From: Bacteroidales bacterium
GTDB taxonomy: Bacteria > Bacteroidota > Bacteroidia > Bacteroidales > WCHB1-69
Direction of reading: 5' to 3'
Assembly (NCBI GenBank): GCA_024685175.1
Contig: JAIKWD010000030.1
Location: forward strand, 10,198 to 74,197
DNA: 64,000 nucleotides
The notes under the pieces: model-generated
What the model saw: the letters and a program-made list of their open reading frames with translations, nothing else
Databases searched by the model: none
What the model was told of the DNA's origin: nothing
Shown: positions 37,147-46,743 of the stretch, piece after piece
How the letters are laid out: each line of letters starts with the position of its first letter
How positions within the stretch are numbered: the stretch's first letter is position 1
Translations under genes and position numbers: made by a program

Positions 37147-38856
37147 ATGAGCAAGAAAATTAAAAGTCCTTATAAAGAAAGGAAAAAATATAGGGAAACC
37201 TATTGCACCACGTTGAACAAGGTGCTCAAATATACCACATCGAAGTATTTTGGCCGTGTTATGTCGCAGTACACGGACGGTACACAGAAGATGACCTATG
37301 ACAAGTTCCGTGACAAATGCGATATGTTGTCTATGCGGATGTCGCGTTTCGGCATCAAGGCGGGCGACAAAGTGGCCATCCTGTCGCAGAATATGCCCAA
37401 CTGGACGTTGGCCTTTTTCGCTGCGGCGGCATACGGTCGCGTGGCCGTGCCCATCCTGCCCGACAGCTCCGAGAACGAAGTGACCAACATCCTCAACCAC
37501 TCCGAGAGCAAGGTCATCTTCATCTCGCAAAGACTGAAGCATAAACTCAGCCAGGAGTGTTATGACAAGCTGACCTTAGTGGTGGACATCGAGACAATGG
37601 AGTTCGTCAAGCGTCGCAAGGAGGATTTTCAGTGCAATGGATGGCTCAAGGATCCACAGCCCGATGACTTGGCCACGATTATCTACACCTCCGGTGTGAC
37701 GGGCAAGGCCAAAGGCGTGATGTTGAGTCATCGTAACCTGTGCCACAACCTGGTGGCCTCCTATAAGGCGATGCCATGTAACAAGACAGACCGATTCTTG
37801 TCCATCCTGCCGATGTCTCACGCCTATGAGATGTGCGTCTCGAGTCTGTACTCTATGTACGTAGGTGCTTGCTGCTACTATCTGCCCAAGCCGCCGACAC
37901 CCTCTATTCTCATCCCAGCGATGCGCAAGGTGCATCCTACGGTGATGCTCGTCGTGCCGTTGATCATCGAGAAGATCTACAACAACAGCATCGTGCCTAC
38001 CATACAAAAAAGCCGCTTGCTGAAATGGATGGATCAACGTATGCCAAGATTGTTGTATTGGTTCATAGGCCAAAAACTCATCACGACTTTCGGCGGCAAA
38101 TTACGCTTCTTGGGCGTGGGCGGTTCCAAGTTGGACCCGAAAGTCGAGAAGTTCTTGATAATGTGTCGTTTCCCGTATGCTGTGGGCTACGGACTTACCG
38201 AAACCGCACCGTTAGTGTGCAATGTCTTGATTAACAAGCGCAAGCGCCTGGGAACCGTGGGCGTTGCCTCCTACAAGGTGGATGTCCGCCTCGACAATAT
38301 GGATCCCGCGACGGGTGAAGGCGAGGTGGTCTGCCGTGGCGACAACGTGATGCTGGGCTACTACAAAGACCCCGAGCGCACAATCAAGGTCCTGGATGAG
38401 GACGGTTGGTTCCGCACCGGCGATATAGCCACGATGGACAAGAACGGCTACTATTACCTGAAAGGACGCCTCAATAATACGATTCTTGGCCCTTCTGGAG
38501 AAAATATCTATCCGGAAGAGATAGAGATGGTCATCAACGACTTCAAGGGTGTGGATGAATCGCTTGTGATGGAAGACAATGGTGAACTGGTGGCCTTGGT
38601 CAAGTTCAAGGACGATGTGCTCAACTGGGACCAAGAGACGGAAGACCAGTTTTTCGAGAAGTTGGATTCACTGAAGAAATCCGTTCAGGACTTCGTCAAC
38701 CGAACGGTCGGCAAGAACTCTCGTATCGGTAAGGTGGAGGCGATGAAAGATCCGTTCGAAAAGACGGCCACGCAGAAGATTCGCCGATTCAAATATAAAA
38801 AGAAGAACTCCGCAGAAGAAGAGGAAGAGGGTGAAGAACAAGAGACTACAAAGTAG
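37147..38856 (+). CDS. AMP-dependent (long-chain fatty) acyl-CoA ligase
   Basis: IIYTSGVTGKAKGVMLSH, GYGLTET, WFRTGD, and an acidic C-terminal tail. Confidence 0.82.
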   Translation: MSKKIKSPYKERKKYRETYCTTLNKVLKYTTSKYFGRVMSQYTDGTQKMTYDKFRDKCDMLSMRMSRFGIKAGDKVAILSQNMPNWTLAFFAAAAYGRVAVPILPDSSENEVTNILNHSESKVIFISQRLKHKLSQECYDKLTLVVDIETMEFVKRRKEDFQCNGWLKDPQPDDLATIIYTSGVTGKAKGVMLSHRNLCHNLVASYKAMPCNKTDRFLSILPMSHAYEMCVSSLYSMYVGACCYYLPKPPTPSILIPAMRKVHPTVMLVVPLIIEKIYNNSIVPTIQKSRLLKWMDQRMPRLLYWFIGQKLITTFGGKLRFLGVGGSKLDPKVEKFLIMCRFPYAVGYGLTETAPLVCNVLINKRKRLGTVGVASYKVDVRLDNMDPATGEGEVVCRGDNVMLGYYKDPERTIKVLDEDGWFRTGDIATMDKNGYYYLKGRLNNTILGPSGENIYPEEIEMVINDFKGVDESLVMEDNGELVALVKFKDDVLNWDQETEDQFFEKLDSLKKSVQDFVNRTVGKNSRIGKVEAMKDPFEKTATQKIRRFKYKKKNSAEEEEEGEEQETTK

Positions 38857-38892
38857 TAGTCGGAACCCTGATCCTACTCTTCCAAATAACAG

Positions 38893-38920
38893 AAAAGGCG
38901 GCCATTGGCCGCCTTTTCTT
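38893..38920. terminator. bidirectional intrinsic terminator between convergent genes
   Basis: AAAAGGCGGCC att GGCCGCCTTTT. Confidence 0.8.
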
Positions 38921-38937
38921 GTTAAATAAGTCCCTTA

Positions 38938-39489
38938 TTACAGGGTGTGGTAAGGAGTAAGGAGTCCTTTGCCGATTTCCACTGCTTCCTCGTTCTTGGG
39001 AATGAGGTGATGATGTCTTTCGGGAAGGGATTTCTCCAAGCCTTTATGCAGCATCTCAGGAGTCACCAAAGGTTTCACCTTGAGGAAGCCGCCGAGGACG
39101 ATCATATTGAACAACTTGGCGATACCCAGTTCGTTGGCCTTGTCGGCAGCAGCCACCTGATAGATGTTAATATCCTTGCGGGTGGGGTGGTGGGAAATGC
39201 CGTTCGGGTCGTAAATCAGCAAACCGCCAGGCTTGACAGCCGACTCAAACTTGTCCATGGACTGTTGGTTGAGGATGATGGCGGTGTCGAATTGGTTCAG
39301 GTAGGGAGAGCAAATGCGCTCGTCGCTCAAGATAACGGTGACGTTGGAAGTACCGCCACGCATTTCAGGACCATAGGAAGGAAGCCAGCTGACCTCCTTG
39401 TCTTGCATGATGCCGGCGTAGGCCAGGATCTTACCCATTGAGAGCACACCTTGACCGCCGAAGCCAGCTATAATAATTTCTTCTGTCAT
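38938..39489 (-). CDS. 2-oxoacid:ferredoxin oxidoreductase gamma subunit
   Basis: IIIAGFGGQGVLSMGKILA, PSYGPEMRGG. Last gene of the four-gene operon. Confidence 0.85.
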   Translation of the reverse strand: MTEEIIIAGFGGQGVLSMGKILAYAGIMQDKEVSWLPSYGPEMRGGTSNVTVILSDERICSPYLNQFDTAIILNQQSMDKFESAVKPGGLLIYDPNGISHHPTRKDINIYQVAAADKANELGIAKLFNMIVLGGFLKVKPLVTPEMLHKGLEKSLPERHHHLIPKNEEAVEIGKGLLTPYHTL

Positions 39490-39508
39490 TTCTTTGTGGT
39501 TTTAATGA

Positions 39509-40351
39509 TTATTTTTTTCTCAATGAAAAGATGGTCTCATTGGGTTGGTCAAAGGTCTTGACGCGTTCAATGAAATTCGGGTCAAAGTTGCCGTTTACCT
39601 TCATGTCACCCAGCGGGAAGTATTTGAGGGTGTTTTCTTCCATCCACTTGTTGGCTTGTACAGGGGTCATCTTCCAACCGGAGTTACAGTTGGAGGTCAC
39701 CTCGACGAAGGAGACGCCCTTGTTGAGCTTCTGGTTTTCGAAGGCCTGGCGGATGGCTTTCTTGCACTTGCGGGCGAGGCCGGGAGTGTAGACAGCCTGA
39801 CGGGTCACATAGTATGTGCCGGGCAGTTGGGCCAACATCTCAGTAAGACGCATGGTGTGTCCCATGATCTTCGGGTCACGGCCATAAGGACAGGTGACGG
39901 TTTCCATACCCTCAAGGGTGGTGGGGGCCATCTGACCGCCGGTCATACCGTAGATACCGTTGTTGATGAAAATCATAGTGATGTTCTCACCACGGTTGCA
40001 GGCGTGCATTACCTCGGCACAACCAATGGAGGCCAAGTCACCGTCTCCTTGATAGGAGAACACGAAGGTCTCGGGACGGAGACGCTTGATGGCGGAAGCA
40101 CACGCAGGTGCACGACCGTGAGCGGCCTCTACGAAGTCAACGTCAAAATAATTGTATGCCAAGACGGAGCATCCCACAGGGGAGATACCGATAACATTGT
40201 CTTGGATGCCCATTTCTTCGATGACCTCGGCGATGATTCTGTGAACGACGCCATGGCCACAGCCAGGGCAATAGTGCATGGTGGCATCCGTCAAAACCGG
40301 AGTGCGTTTGTACACTAAGTTTTCGGGTTTGATTATATCTTCTCTTGTCAT
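39509..40351 (-). CDS. 2-oxoacid:ferredoxin oxidoreductase beta (TPP-binding) subunit
   Basis: YCPGCGHG and GDGD...NNGIYGMTGGQ. Confidence 0.87.
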   Translation of the reverse strand: MTREDIIKPENLVYKRTPVLTDATMHYCPGCGHGVVHRIIAEVIEEMGIQDNVIGISPVGCSVLAYNYFDVDFVEAAHGRAPACASAIKRLRPETFVFSYQGDGDLASIGCAEVMHACNRGENITMIFINNGIYGMTGGQMAPTTLEGMETVTCPYGRDPKIMGHTMRLTEMLAQLPGTYYVTRQAVYTPGLARKCKKAIRQAFENQKLNKGVSFVEVTSNCNSGWKMTPVQANKWMEENTLKYFPLGDMKVNGNFDPNFIERVKTFDQPNETIFSLRKK

Positions 40352-40368
40352 AATTTCTAATACTTTAA

Positions 40369-41448
40369 TTATTTAACCATTTTTTTCAAAGCTTCGAAAA
40401 TTTCGACCGGAGTGGGGATGACGCCGCCATAGCGACCATAATGCTCGACGGGAACCTTGCAGTCAACTGCCAGTTTCACGTCTTCAATCATTTGTCCGGC
40501 ATTCATTTCAACGCTGAGGATCTTCTTCATGCGACCACCGATTTCTTTCACGGCTTTGGTCGGGAACGGCCACAGTGTGATAGGACGCACTAAGCCGACC
40601 TTGATGCCTTCGGCGCGAGCCAATTCGACAGCTTTCATACAAATACGAGCGGCGGAGCCGTATGCCACGAAGAGGTATTCGGCATCGTCGCATTGGATAG
40701 CCTCATGACGGGCATCTTCTTCTTCGCATCTTCTGTATTTTTCTTGGATACGATTGTTGATGCCTTCTTGCTTGAGAGCTTCCAATTCAAGAGAAGTGAC
40801 AATTCTGTGCTTGCCAGTGGAACGATGTCCGGTAGCAGCCCAAGGACAATTCTTCTCAATATATTCTTCCGTCCAACGCGGCTTGTAGTCGTCAACCATG
40901 ACTTTCTCCATAACCTGGCCGATAACACCATCGGAAAGGATGGCGGCAGGGTTACGATATTTGAAAGCCAAGTCGAAGCCCAACTCCACGAAGTCGTACA
41001 TCTCCTGTACGGAAGCAGGAGCCAAAGTGATCAGACGATAGTCACCGTGACCGCCACCCTTGGTGGTCTGGAAATAGTCGGATTGTGAGGGTTGGATGGT
41101 TCCGAGGCCTGGACCGCCACGAACTACGTTGACGCACAAAGCGGGAAGTTCTGCACCTGCAATGTAGGACAAACCTTCTTGCATCAGTGAGAAACCAGGG
41201 GAGGAAGAGGAGGTCATCACACGCTTACCCGTGGAGGCGCCTGCATAGACCATGTTGATAGAAGCTAATTCACTCTCGGCTTGAAGAACAACCATGCCGG
41301 TTGTCAAATATGGTCTTTCAGCCATCAAATGTTCGAGGACCTCACTCTGCGGAGTGATGGGGTATCCGAAATAACCGTCGGCACCACAGCGGATAGCAGC
41401 CTCGGCAATGGCTTGATTACCCTTCATTAATTTTAATTCTTTTGCCAT
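40369..41448 (-). CDS. 2-oxoacid:ferredoxin oxidoreductase alpha subunit
   Basis: MKGNQAIAEAAIRCGADGYFGYPITPQSE, plus operon context. Confidence 0.87.
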   Translation of the reverse strand: MAKELKLMKGNQAIAEAAIRCGADGYFGYPITPQSEVLEHLMAERPYLTTGMVVLQAESELASINMVYAGASTGKRVMTSSSSPGFSLMQEGLSYIAGAELPALCVNVVRGGPGLGTIQPSQSDYFQTTKGGGHGDYRLITLAPASVQEMYDFVELGFDLAFKYRNPAAILSDGVIGQVMEKVMVDDYKPRWTEEYIEKNCPWAATGHRSTGKHRIVTSLELEALKQEGINNRIQEKYRRCEEEDARHEAIQCDDAEYLFVAYGSAARICMKAVELARAEGIKVGLVRPITLWPFPTKAVKEIGGRMKKILSVEMNAGQMIEDVKLAVDCKVPVEHYGRYGGVIPTPVEIFEALKKMVK

Positions 41449-41508
41449 TTTGCTAAGTTGTTTAGTTGTTAATTGTAAATTCTTTTGATACTTTGGATAA
41501 ATCCAGGA

Positions 41509-41730
41509 CTACTCCTTGGCGCGATAGACTTCGATGACGCCGTCCGGGCAGATCACCGCGCAGTTTGCACAGCCTATGCAACTTTCTTCCTTAACTTGCT
41601 CAAGGTAATTGTAACCCTTAGCATTTACATGCTTGGAAAGCGCAATACATTCGTTGGGACATCCTGTAATGCAGACGCCACAACCCTTGCACTTTTCCGT
41701 GTCAATGATTAAAGCTCCTTTAAATGCCAT
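41509..41730 (-). CDS. 4Fe-4S dicluster ferredoxin (delta subunit)
   Basis: Two cluster motifs, CKGCGVCITGCP and CIGCANCAVICP. Confidence 0.88.
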   Translation of the reverse strand: MAFKGALIIDTEKCKGCGVCITGCPNECIALSKHVNAKGYNYLEQVKEESCIGCANCAVICPDGVIEVYRAKE

Positions 41731-41798
41731 AATTTTTTTATTTTAACTTGTTAGTAATTTGGTTGTTAGATTTTTGTTCCTACATTTTAAGTGGTTTG

Positions 41799-41806
41799 CA
41801 AATATA
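41799..41806 (-). promoter_or_regulatory. -7 promoter box (TATATTTG on minus strand) for the oxidoreductase operon
   Basis: Plus strand reads CAAATATA. Lies 69 nt upstream of the ATG at 41730. Confidence 0.45.
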
Positions 41807-41963
41807 ATAAAATTATATTTAAACCGCAACCTTAAAGAAGGCATTCGGCTTTTTTGATTTTTCACCACCGCTGTATTGCCTTGTGTTTCAGTAAGATAAT
41901 AGAAATATTGCTTATTTTGGGCAACATTTTCATTCCTTCTGTCCTCCGTTTTCAAAAAAAGTG

Positions 41964-41971
41964 TATTTTTG
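41964..41971 (+). promoter_or_regulatory. -7 promoter box TATTTTTG for tRNA-Ala
   Basis: Lies 17 nt upstream of the mature 5' end. The tRNA-Val gene shows the same spacing. Confidence 0.6.
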
Positions 41972-41987
41972 CCGCGTCAAAACAGTT

Positions 41988-42064
41988 GGGGCATTAGCTC
42001 AGTTGGCTAGAGTGTCTGACTGGCAGTCAGGAGGTCACGGGTCCGACTCCCGTATGCTCCACCA
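41988..42064 (+). tRNA. tRNA-Ala (anticodon GGC), CCA encoded
   Basis: Hand-folded cloverleaf: GGGGCAT TA GCTC AGTTGGCTA GAGT G TCTGA CTGGCAG TCAGG AGGTC ACGGG TCCGACT CCCGT ATGCTCC A CCA. The G3:U70 Ala identity pair is present. Confidence 0.9.
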
Positions 42065-42066
42065 AC

Positions 42067-42105
42067 AAAAGCGCTTGCAAATCTTGCAAGCGCTTTTGTG
42101 TTTTT
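42067..42105 (+). terminator. intrinsic terminator after tRNA-Ala
   Basis: AAAAGCGCTTGCAA atc TTGCAAGCGCTTTT, followed by GTGTTTTT. Confidence 0.8.
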
Positions 42106-42165
42106 CCAAACTTCTTTTGTTCGACTTAAATCCTACTTCTCCTCATACATATCAACTCCAACATC

Positions 42166-42202
42166 AAAAAAAAAGACCTGTCTGAAACGAACAGGTCTTT
42201 TT
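42166..42202 (-). terminator. intrinsic terminator after tRNA-Val
   Basis: Minus strand reads AAAGACCTGT tcgtttcag ACAGGTCTTT, followed by a T-run. Confidence 0.8.
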
Positions 42203-42208
42203 ATATCG

Positions 42209-42283
42209 TGGGAACAACAAGATTCGAACTTGTGACCCCCTGCTTGTAAGGCAGGTGCTCTGAACCAGCTGAGCTATGCTCCC
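42209..42283 (-). tRNA. tRNA-Val (anticodon TAC)
   Basis: Reverse complement: GGGAGCA TA GCTC AGCTGGTTC AGAGC A CCTGC CTTACAA GCAGG GGGTC ACAAG TTCGAAT CTTGT TGTTCCC A. CCA is not encoded. Confidence 0.88.
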
Positions 42284-42299
42284 TTACCCTAAGGCGTTG

Positions 42300-42307
42300 C
42301 AAAAATA
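42300..42307 (-). promoter_or_regulatory. -7 promoter box (TATTTTTG on minus strand) for tRNA-Val
   Basis: Plus strand reads CAAAAATA. Lies 17 nt upstream of the tRNA 5' end. Confidence 0.6.
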
Positions 42308-42371
42308 GTTTTTTTTCTTTTTGCTCGTTTCTTGAAGGATTATTTTATTTTATTCGTTGAGTACTAATTGA

Positions 42372-42962
42372 TTATAATTGGACTCCAGCGCAGATGTTTA
42401 TAAATTGAGGGTGTTTTCCATCCTTGTTTTGGAAGAAATTTTGCAGTTGATACCGATAATTAACCCCAATAATGATAGGTCCAAACTTAAAGTCAATGCC
42501 TCCAGTAAGAAGTAGGGGATGGTTTGTAAGTGTGTTTTTGTTGAAATTGATGCTGTTGTCAGACACATTCACGAGGGGTTGGTATATGATGCCTGCTTGC
42601 GGGATAAGGCTGACCGAACGGCTCAACGGCACATATCCGGCAATTTTAATGGGGATTTGAAGATAATGTAATGATGCGCGTTCATCCCGATAGCCTAGAC
42701 TATCAATGGCAGCATAGAAGTTGTAATCGCCACGGAAGAATGCGTATCCAAATCCTACTTCCCCGTATACATATTTACCTGCTCGGAAAAAAATGCCGAA
42801 ATCGGCGTTGGCTAACCCCGAGAGATAATGTCCCTCGTAGGAGTAGTCGCGGGCGGTAGGAAAGCTTGTACCAATCTTAAATCCATATTGATACCAGTTG
42901 TCTTGTGCACCTGCAGTGGCAAAGGTCAACAAACAGGCAAGGATAATGGTTAACTTTTTCAT
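42372..42962 (-). CDS. small outer membrane beta-barrel protein
   Basis: 196 aa. Signal peptide MKKLTIILACLLTFATAGA, alternating aromatic beta-strand pattern, ends in an aromatic-rich strand. Its start overlaps the pth stop (ATGA). Confidence 0.65.
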   Translation of the reverse strand: MKKLTIILACLLTFATAGAQDNWYQYGFKIGTSFPTARDYSYEGHYLSGLANADFGIFFRAGKYVYGEVGFGYAFFRGDYNFYAAIDSLGYRDERASLHYLQIPIKIAGYVPLSRSVSLIPQAGIIYQPLVNVSDNSINFNKNTLTNHPLLLTGGIDFKFGPIIIGVNYRYQLQNFFQNKDGKHPQFINICAGVQL

Positions 42963-43576
42963 TGTGGTTTTTCTTTTGGTTCTTCTTTTTCAGGATTAGC
43001 CCTTTGTTCGGTATTGAACTGGTTCATTGTACGCTGCAATCCAGCTGTGGCAAACGAAAGACATGCTTCGGCGGCTTTCTCTATGCAAGGCTCTACAAGC
43101 TTGAGTTCTGCACTGTCAAAACGACCTAATACATACTCGATCTGATAACCCTGTGCGAAATTCTTGCCAATCCCACAGCGCAAGCGAGGAAAGTTGCCAT
43201 GCCCCAACATTTCGATAATGTTGTTCAATCCATTGTGCGAACCGCCACCGCCCTTTGGCTTGATCTTGAAGGCACCTACCGGCAGATCCAAGTCGTCACA
43301 AACCACCAAACAATGGTCTGGGGCGACTTCTTCTGCATTGAGCCAATGCTTTACGGCCTTGCCACTGAGGTTCATGTAGGTGGTTGGCATTAGCATCACT
43401 AGGGTGCGGCCTTTGTACATGGCCCGTGCCACATAGGCGAGCCGGTCGCTCTTGAACTCAGCGCCAAGTTTCTTGGCCAAGGCGTTCACCACCTCGAAGC
43501 CGTAGTTGTGGCGAGTGCCGGCATATTGCTGCTCGGCATTACCTAAACCTACTATAAGATATTTCTTGTCATTCAT
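42959..43576 (-). CDS. pth: peptidyl-tRNA hydrolase
   Basis: YLIVGLGNAEQQYAGTRHNYGF, GGGGSHNGL. Start is probably MNDKKY at 43576 (track start 43594). Charged C-terminal tail. Confidence 0.88.
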   Translation of the reverse strand: MNDKKYLIVGLGNAEQQYAGTRHNYGFEVVNALAKKLGAEFKSDRLAYVARAMYKGRTLVMLMPTTYMNLSGKAVKHWLNAEEVAPDHCLVVCDDLDLPVGAFKIKPKGGGGSHNGLNNIIEMLGHGNFPRLRCGIGKNFAQGYQIEYVLGRFDSAELKLVEPCIEKAAEACLSFATAGLQRTMNQFNTEQRANPEKEEPKEKPQ

Positions 43577-44141
43577 CAGCTTGTCCCTCCTCACCGTCGT
43601 TTTCAGTCATATTAACGAAAAAGGTAAAATTCACTTTACCGTAGTTCCTATGTTGGAAGTAATGTGGATGCTCGGAAAAATCGTGATACTTGGAGTGCTC
43701 CATGACAAGCCATCCGTCTGGATTGAGCAGATCGTTTCCAAAGACATTGTCCACGATCTTGTCAATGCCCTCCAAGTCGTATGGCGGGTCAGCGAAGATG
43801 ATATCAAACTTTTGTCTACAAGAAGCGGTATAAGCAAAAGCATCTTGACGAATAACAGCAACATTGTGATATTGCAGTTTTTCTATTGTTTTGCGGATGA
43901 AATTGGTGCAACGTTGTTCGTTGTCGACAGCAATAACAGAAACGGCGCCACGAGAGGCGAATTCGTATGAGATATTGCCCGTGCCGGAAAACAAATCCAG
44001 GACCTTGACACGGTCGAAATAGAAGTAGTTGTTCAGGATGTTGAACAGACTCTCCTTGGCCATATCGGTGGTCGGACGCACCGGCAAGTTGTCGGGCGCC
44101 ACAATCTGTCTTCCCCGGTTCTTTCCGCTGATGATTCGCAT
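43569..44141 (-). CDS. rsmD: 16S rRNA (guanine966-N2)-methyltransferase
   Basis: MRIISGKNRGRQI, VLDLFSGTGNISYE, IIFADPPYD. Confidence 0.85.
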   Translation of the reverse strand: MRIISGKNRGRQIVAPDNLPVRPTTDMAKESLFNILNNYFYFDRVKVLDLFSGTGNISYEFASRGAVSVIAVDNEQRCTNFIRKTIEKLQYHNVAVIRQDAFAYTASCRQKFDIIFADPPYDLEGIDKIVDNVFGNDLLNPDGWLVMEHSKYHDFSEHPHYFQHRNYGKVNFTFFVNMTENDGEEGQADE

Positions 44142-44143
44142 AA

Positions 44144-44845
44144 TTACAGGATGACTACATTTTTATGATACTGGCCCAGCAAGTCGTTGAGTTTCTTGTT
44201 GTTCTTGCTGAAATAATGCACAAATAGGGTAGACTCCATCAACGCAAATTGCTGCATGCAATTGAGACTATAATACAAAATGTCCACATTCTCTGTGCGG
44301 GTCGTACGATTGACGAGCGACGGGGCGCCGCCGTGAAGGGCGATAAAGTCTACGAAACTGTCGTTTACGGATATCAATAACGATTCAGGTTTGCCGAGAT
44401 CCATGAGATAACGATACAATATAGTGCCTTCGCTGACATATTGGGGAATACAGTTTAAGCTGCTGATTGTGGAATATTCGTTCTGGGTGAGGAAATAGAG
44501 TGAGCGATATTGCCCCAGCTGGTCACTGAAATGCTGCCCGTAATGGGTGAGGTCAAATTGCATGTTCAGGTAGTCCTTGGCTTTTGCTTCGTCGAAAATG
44601 ACATCTGGCACGAGCATAGGCACGTGTGTGCCAACAATAATGTCTATTGTCTGCATTTCGCCATTGTCGAGTTTGAAAAACTCAGGGGCTTTAGTTGAGA
44701 GGAGCGCATTTTCGCCGGCGGGATAGTCTTCCCTGACCATCTTACCGTTATCTTGTTGCTTAAAAAGCGAAAATCCATCCGGGGTGAGCCGAATGGATTT
44801 TTTATAGTAATTAGATAATAATGTATCCATAGCGATTACTCCCAA
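44144..44845 (-). CDS. DUF3822-family protein
   Basis: 233 aa with no recognisable catalytic motif. Sits directly upstream of rsmD, the position I recall for DUF3822 in Bacteroidota. Confidence 0.5.
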   Translation of the reverse strand: MGVIAMDTLLSNYYKKSIRLTPDGFSLFKQQDNGKMVREDYPAGENALLSTKAPEFFKLDNGEMQTIDIIVGTHVPMLVPDVIFDEAKAKDYLNMQFDLTHYGQHFSDQLGQYRSLYFLTQNEYSTISSLNCIPQYVSEGTILYRYLMDLGKPESLLISVNDSFVDFIALHGGAPSLVNRTTRTENVDILYYSLNCMQQFALMESTLFVHYFSKNNKKLNDLLGQYHKNVVIL

Positions 44846-45513
44846 CTACCTGCTGTGCTGGCTTCGGTGAGAGAACCCATATAGATGTCGCCATATTGGG
44901 ATCTGTATTGTTCTTCTTCGGCCAGGTTGTTATAGAATATCTTGTTCCAGAGCTTGCGGAACACTCCAGCGCCTTCGGGAGAAATACTGCGGTCCATGTT
45001 TACAAGAATCAGATCTTTGGATACATCTATTCTGTAAACAGGAATTTCATAAGTCTTGGATGCAATAGAGCCCGTTTGGATTTCGTATTTCTGCTTATCG
45101 CTAAATGGAATGTATTGGAAGTTTTTAAAGTTCTCGCGGGTAAGATTAGGATCAAGTTCCATCATTTTGTCTATTGCAGGAATCTTGACGATCTTCTTGG
45201 TGATGAGACCAAGTTTGAAAGCTTGCTCTTGACTCATGGTGTCGGGGAAATTACCAATGGTCTTTTCCACTTCAACTGTGCCATTTTCGACGAAATCTGC
45301 AAGTGAGTCAATGGAAGAAGCGTATTTTTTATATACGTTCTTGTAGATGGTTTGTGCACAACGAATAGTCTCCAAATTGGTGACGTTGGCAGATTTACGT
45401 AGTTCGTAAGTTTGTCTGAACTTCTCCGGACGCATGATACTTCTAGCTGCGAAGATAGCCAAAACAACAACAAAAAGGACTAAAAGGATACTGATTAAGG
45501 TTCTGGTCTTCAT
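44836..45513 (-). CDS. hypothetical membrane-anchored protein
   Basis: 225 aa. A single N-terminal TM segment (LISILLVLFVVVLAIFAA), then a soluble domain. Overlaps the next gene by 10 nt. Confidence 0.6.
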   Translation of the reverse strand: MKTRTLISILLVLFVVVLAIFAARSIMRPEKFRQTYELRKSANVTNLETIRCAQTIYKNVYKKYASSIDSLADFVENGTVEVEKTIGNFPDTMSQEQAFKLGLITKKIVKIPAIDKMMELDPNLTRENFKNFQYIPFSDKQKYEIQTGSIASKTYEIPVYRIDVSKDLILVNMDRSISPEGAGVFRKLWNKIFYNNLAEEEQYRSQYGDIYMGSLTEASTAGSWE

Positions 45514-45562
45514 AACTTTTTATATGTTTTTATTTTTTATTTCAAATGAAAAAAAATGCAGG

Positions 45563-45570
45563 CAAAAGTA
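45563..45570 (-). promoter_or_regulatory. -7 promoter box (TACTTTTG on minus strand)
   Basis: Plus strand reads CAAAAGTA. Lies 50 nt upstream of the ATG at 45513. Confidence 0.5.
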
Positions 45571-45630
45571 GTAAAAAAAATGCTTGGTTGTACATGGCTC
45601 ACAAAAAAAAACTTGCCTTTGAGAATCCTT

Positions 45631-46743
45631 CTAAAAAGTGATTCGATGGATACCTGCTTCGTAGGTGTTCTCTATTAGCCTCTTAAGCTGTTGATAATCG
45701 TCGGGATTTTGCACGAAGTCAAGCTTGGCTGTCTCTACCAATAAAATAGGGATAGAGGCATGTTGCTTGAAATACTCGATATAACTTTCTTGAATGTTAT
45801 TCAAGTACTCTGTAGTGATGTCTTTCTCGTATTCACGTCCTCGAGTGGCTATGTTTTGCAATAAACGCTCAGCGTTATTGTAAAGGTAGACTATCAGTTC
45901 CGGTTTAGGCAGGAAAGAGGAAATTGTATCGAATACGGTTTTATATAAATTATATTCGTCGGTTAACAGATTGTTCTTGGAGAAGATGATACACTTGTCA
46001 ATGAAGTAGTCACCAATGACAAAGTCAGTAAACAGATCGCGAGCCGACAAAAGGTTTTTCAGCTGCTGATAACGGTCCATCAAGAAGGTCATCTCCACAG
46101 GGAAGGCGTAGTGCAGAGGGTCTTTGTAGAACTTGGGCAGAAAAGGATTGTCGGCAAAACGCTCAAGTACTAGCTCAGCATTATAGTCTTCGGCCAACAT
46201 CTTGGTGAGCGTGGTCTTTCCGGCGCCGATGCAGCCTTCGATTACAATATAGTTATATGGAACCGACTTCTTCGAAGCAGTGGAACCCGACGGGACCGGA
46301 TCCTGAATGGGGATGCCGTCCAGCAGCCCCATCTCGCGAAGGGGGTTCAGCACGAAATCGCGTTCGGCGATATGCGGATGGGGGAGCGTCAAGCGCTCGT
46401 CGTGGTATACGACGTGGTCGTAGTCCAGTATGTCCAAGTCGATGGTGCGATTGTGATAGACGGGCTTGCCTTGTTCGATACGGGACTTTTCCTTGCGGCC
46501 CAGTTCCCGTTCTATGCGCTGGAGTTCGTCCAGAAGTTCCAACGGCGTTAGTTTGGTACGTATGGCAATCACTTGGTTGAGGAAGGGCGGTGCTAAGAAA
46601 CCCCAGGCCTCGGTTTCCTGGATGGAAGAGGTCTGGACAATGGTGCCCACACGCTCTGCTATCAAGGCACGAGCTTGCTCCAAGTACGTCGCACGGTCGC
46701 CCATGTTGCTGCCCAATCCGATGATAGCTTGCTTAATTTTCAT
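45631..46743 (-). CDS. folK: fusion protein: HPPK (6-hydroxymethyl-dihydropterin pyrophosphokinase) + deoxynucleoside kinase
   Basis: N-terminal half: AIIGLGSNMGDR...IDLDIL...LTLPHPHIAERDFVLNPL (HPPK). Linker: DGIPIQDPVPSGSTASKKS. C-terminal half: IVIEGCIGAGKTTL...ERFADNPFLPKFY (dNK P-loop). ATG 46743 is preferred over track start 46782. Confidence 0.8.
   Translation of the reverse strand: MKIKQAIIGLGSNMGDRATYLEQARALIAERVGTIVQTSSIQETEAWGFLAPPFLNQVIAIRTKLTPLELLDELQRIERELGRKEKSRIEQGKPVYHNRTIDLDILDYDHVVYHDERLTLPHPHIAERDFVLNPLREMGLLDGIPIQDPVPSGSTASKKSVPYNYIVIEGCIGAGKTTLTKMLAEDYNAELVLERFADNPFLPKFYKDPLHYAFPVEMTFLMDRYQQLKNLLSARDLFTDFVIGDYFIDKCIIFSKNNLLTDEYNLYKTVFDTISSFLPKPELIVYLYNNAERLLQNIATRGREYEKDITTEYLNNIQESYIEYFKQHASIPILLVETAKLDFVQNPDDYQQLKRLIENTYEAGIHRITF

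Noticed and set aside
41743-41955. 70-aa minus-strand ORF between the ferredoxin gene and tRNA-Ala
   Set aside because: It lies in the AT-rich promoter region of the oxidoreductase operon and spans the -7 box itself. Its composition is AT-driven (Asn/Lys/Phe), and nothing in its context supports it.
41961-42185. 74-aa plus-strand ORF
   Set aside because: It is built almost entirely from the tRNA-Ala gene, its terminator and the spacer. It is not a coding region.
45546-45641. 31-codon plus-strand ORF (MKKNAGKSSKKNAWLYMAHKKK...)
   Set aside because: It is made of poly-A runs lying between two minus-strand genes and overlaps the promoter of one and the stop of the other. It is most likely a chance ORF.
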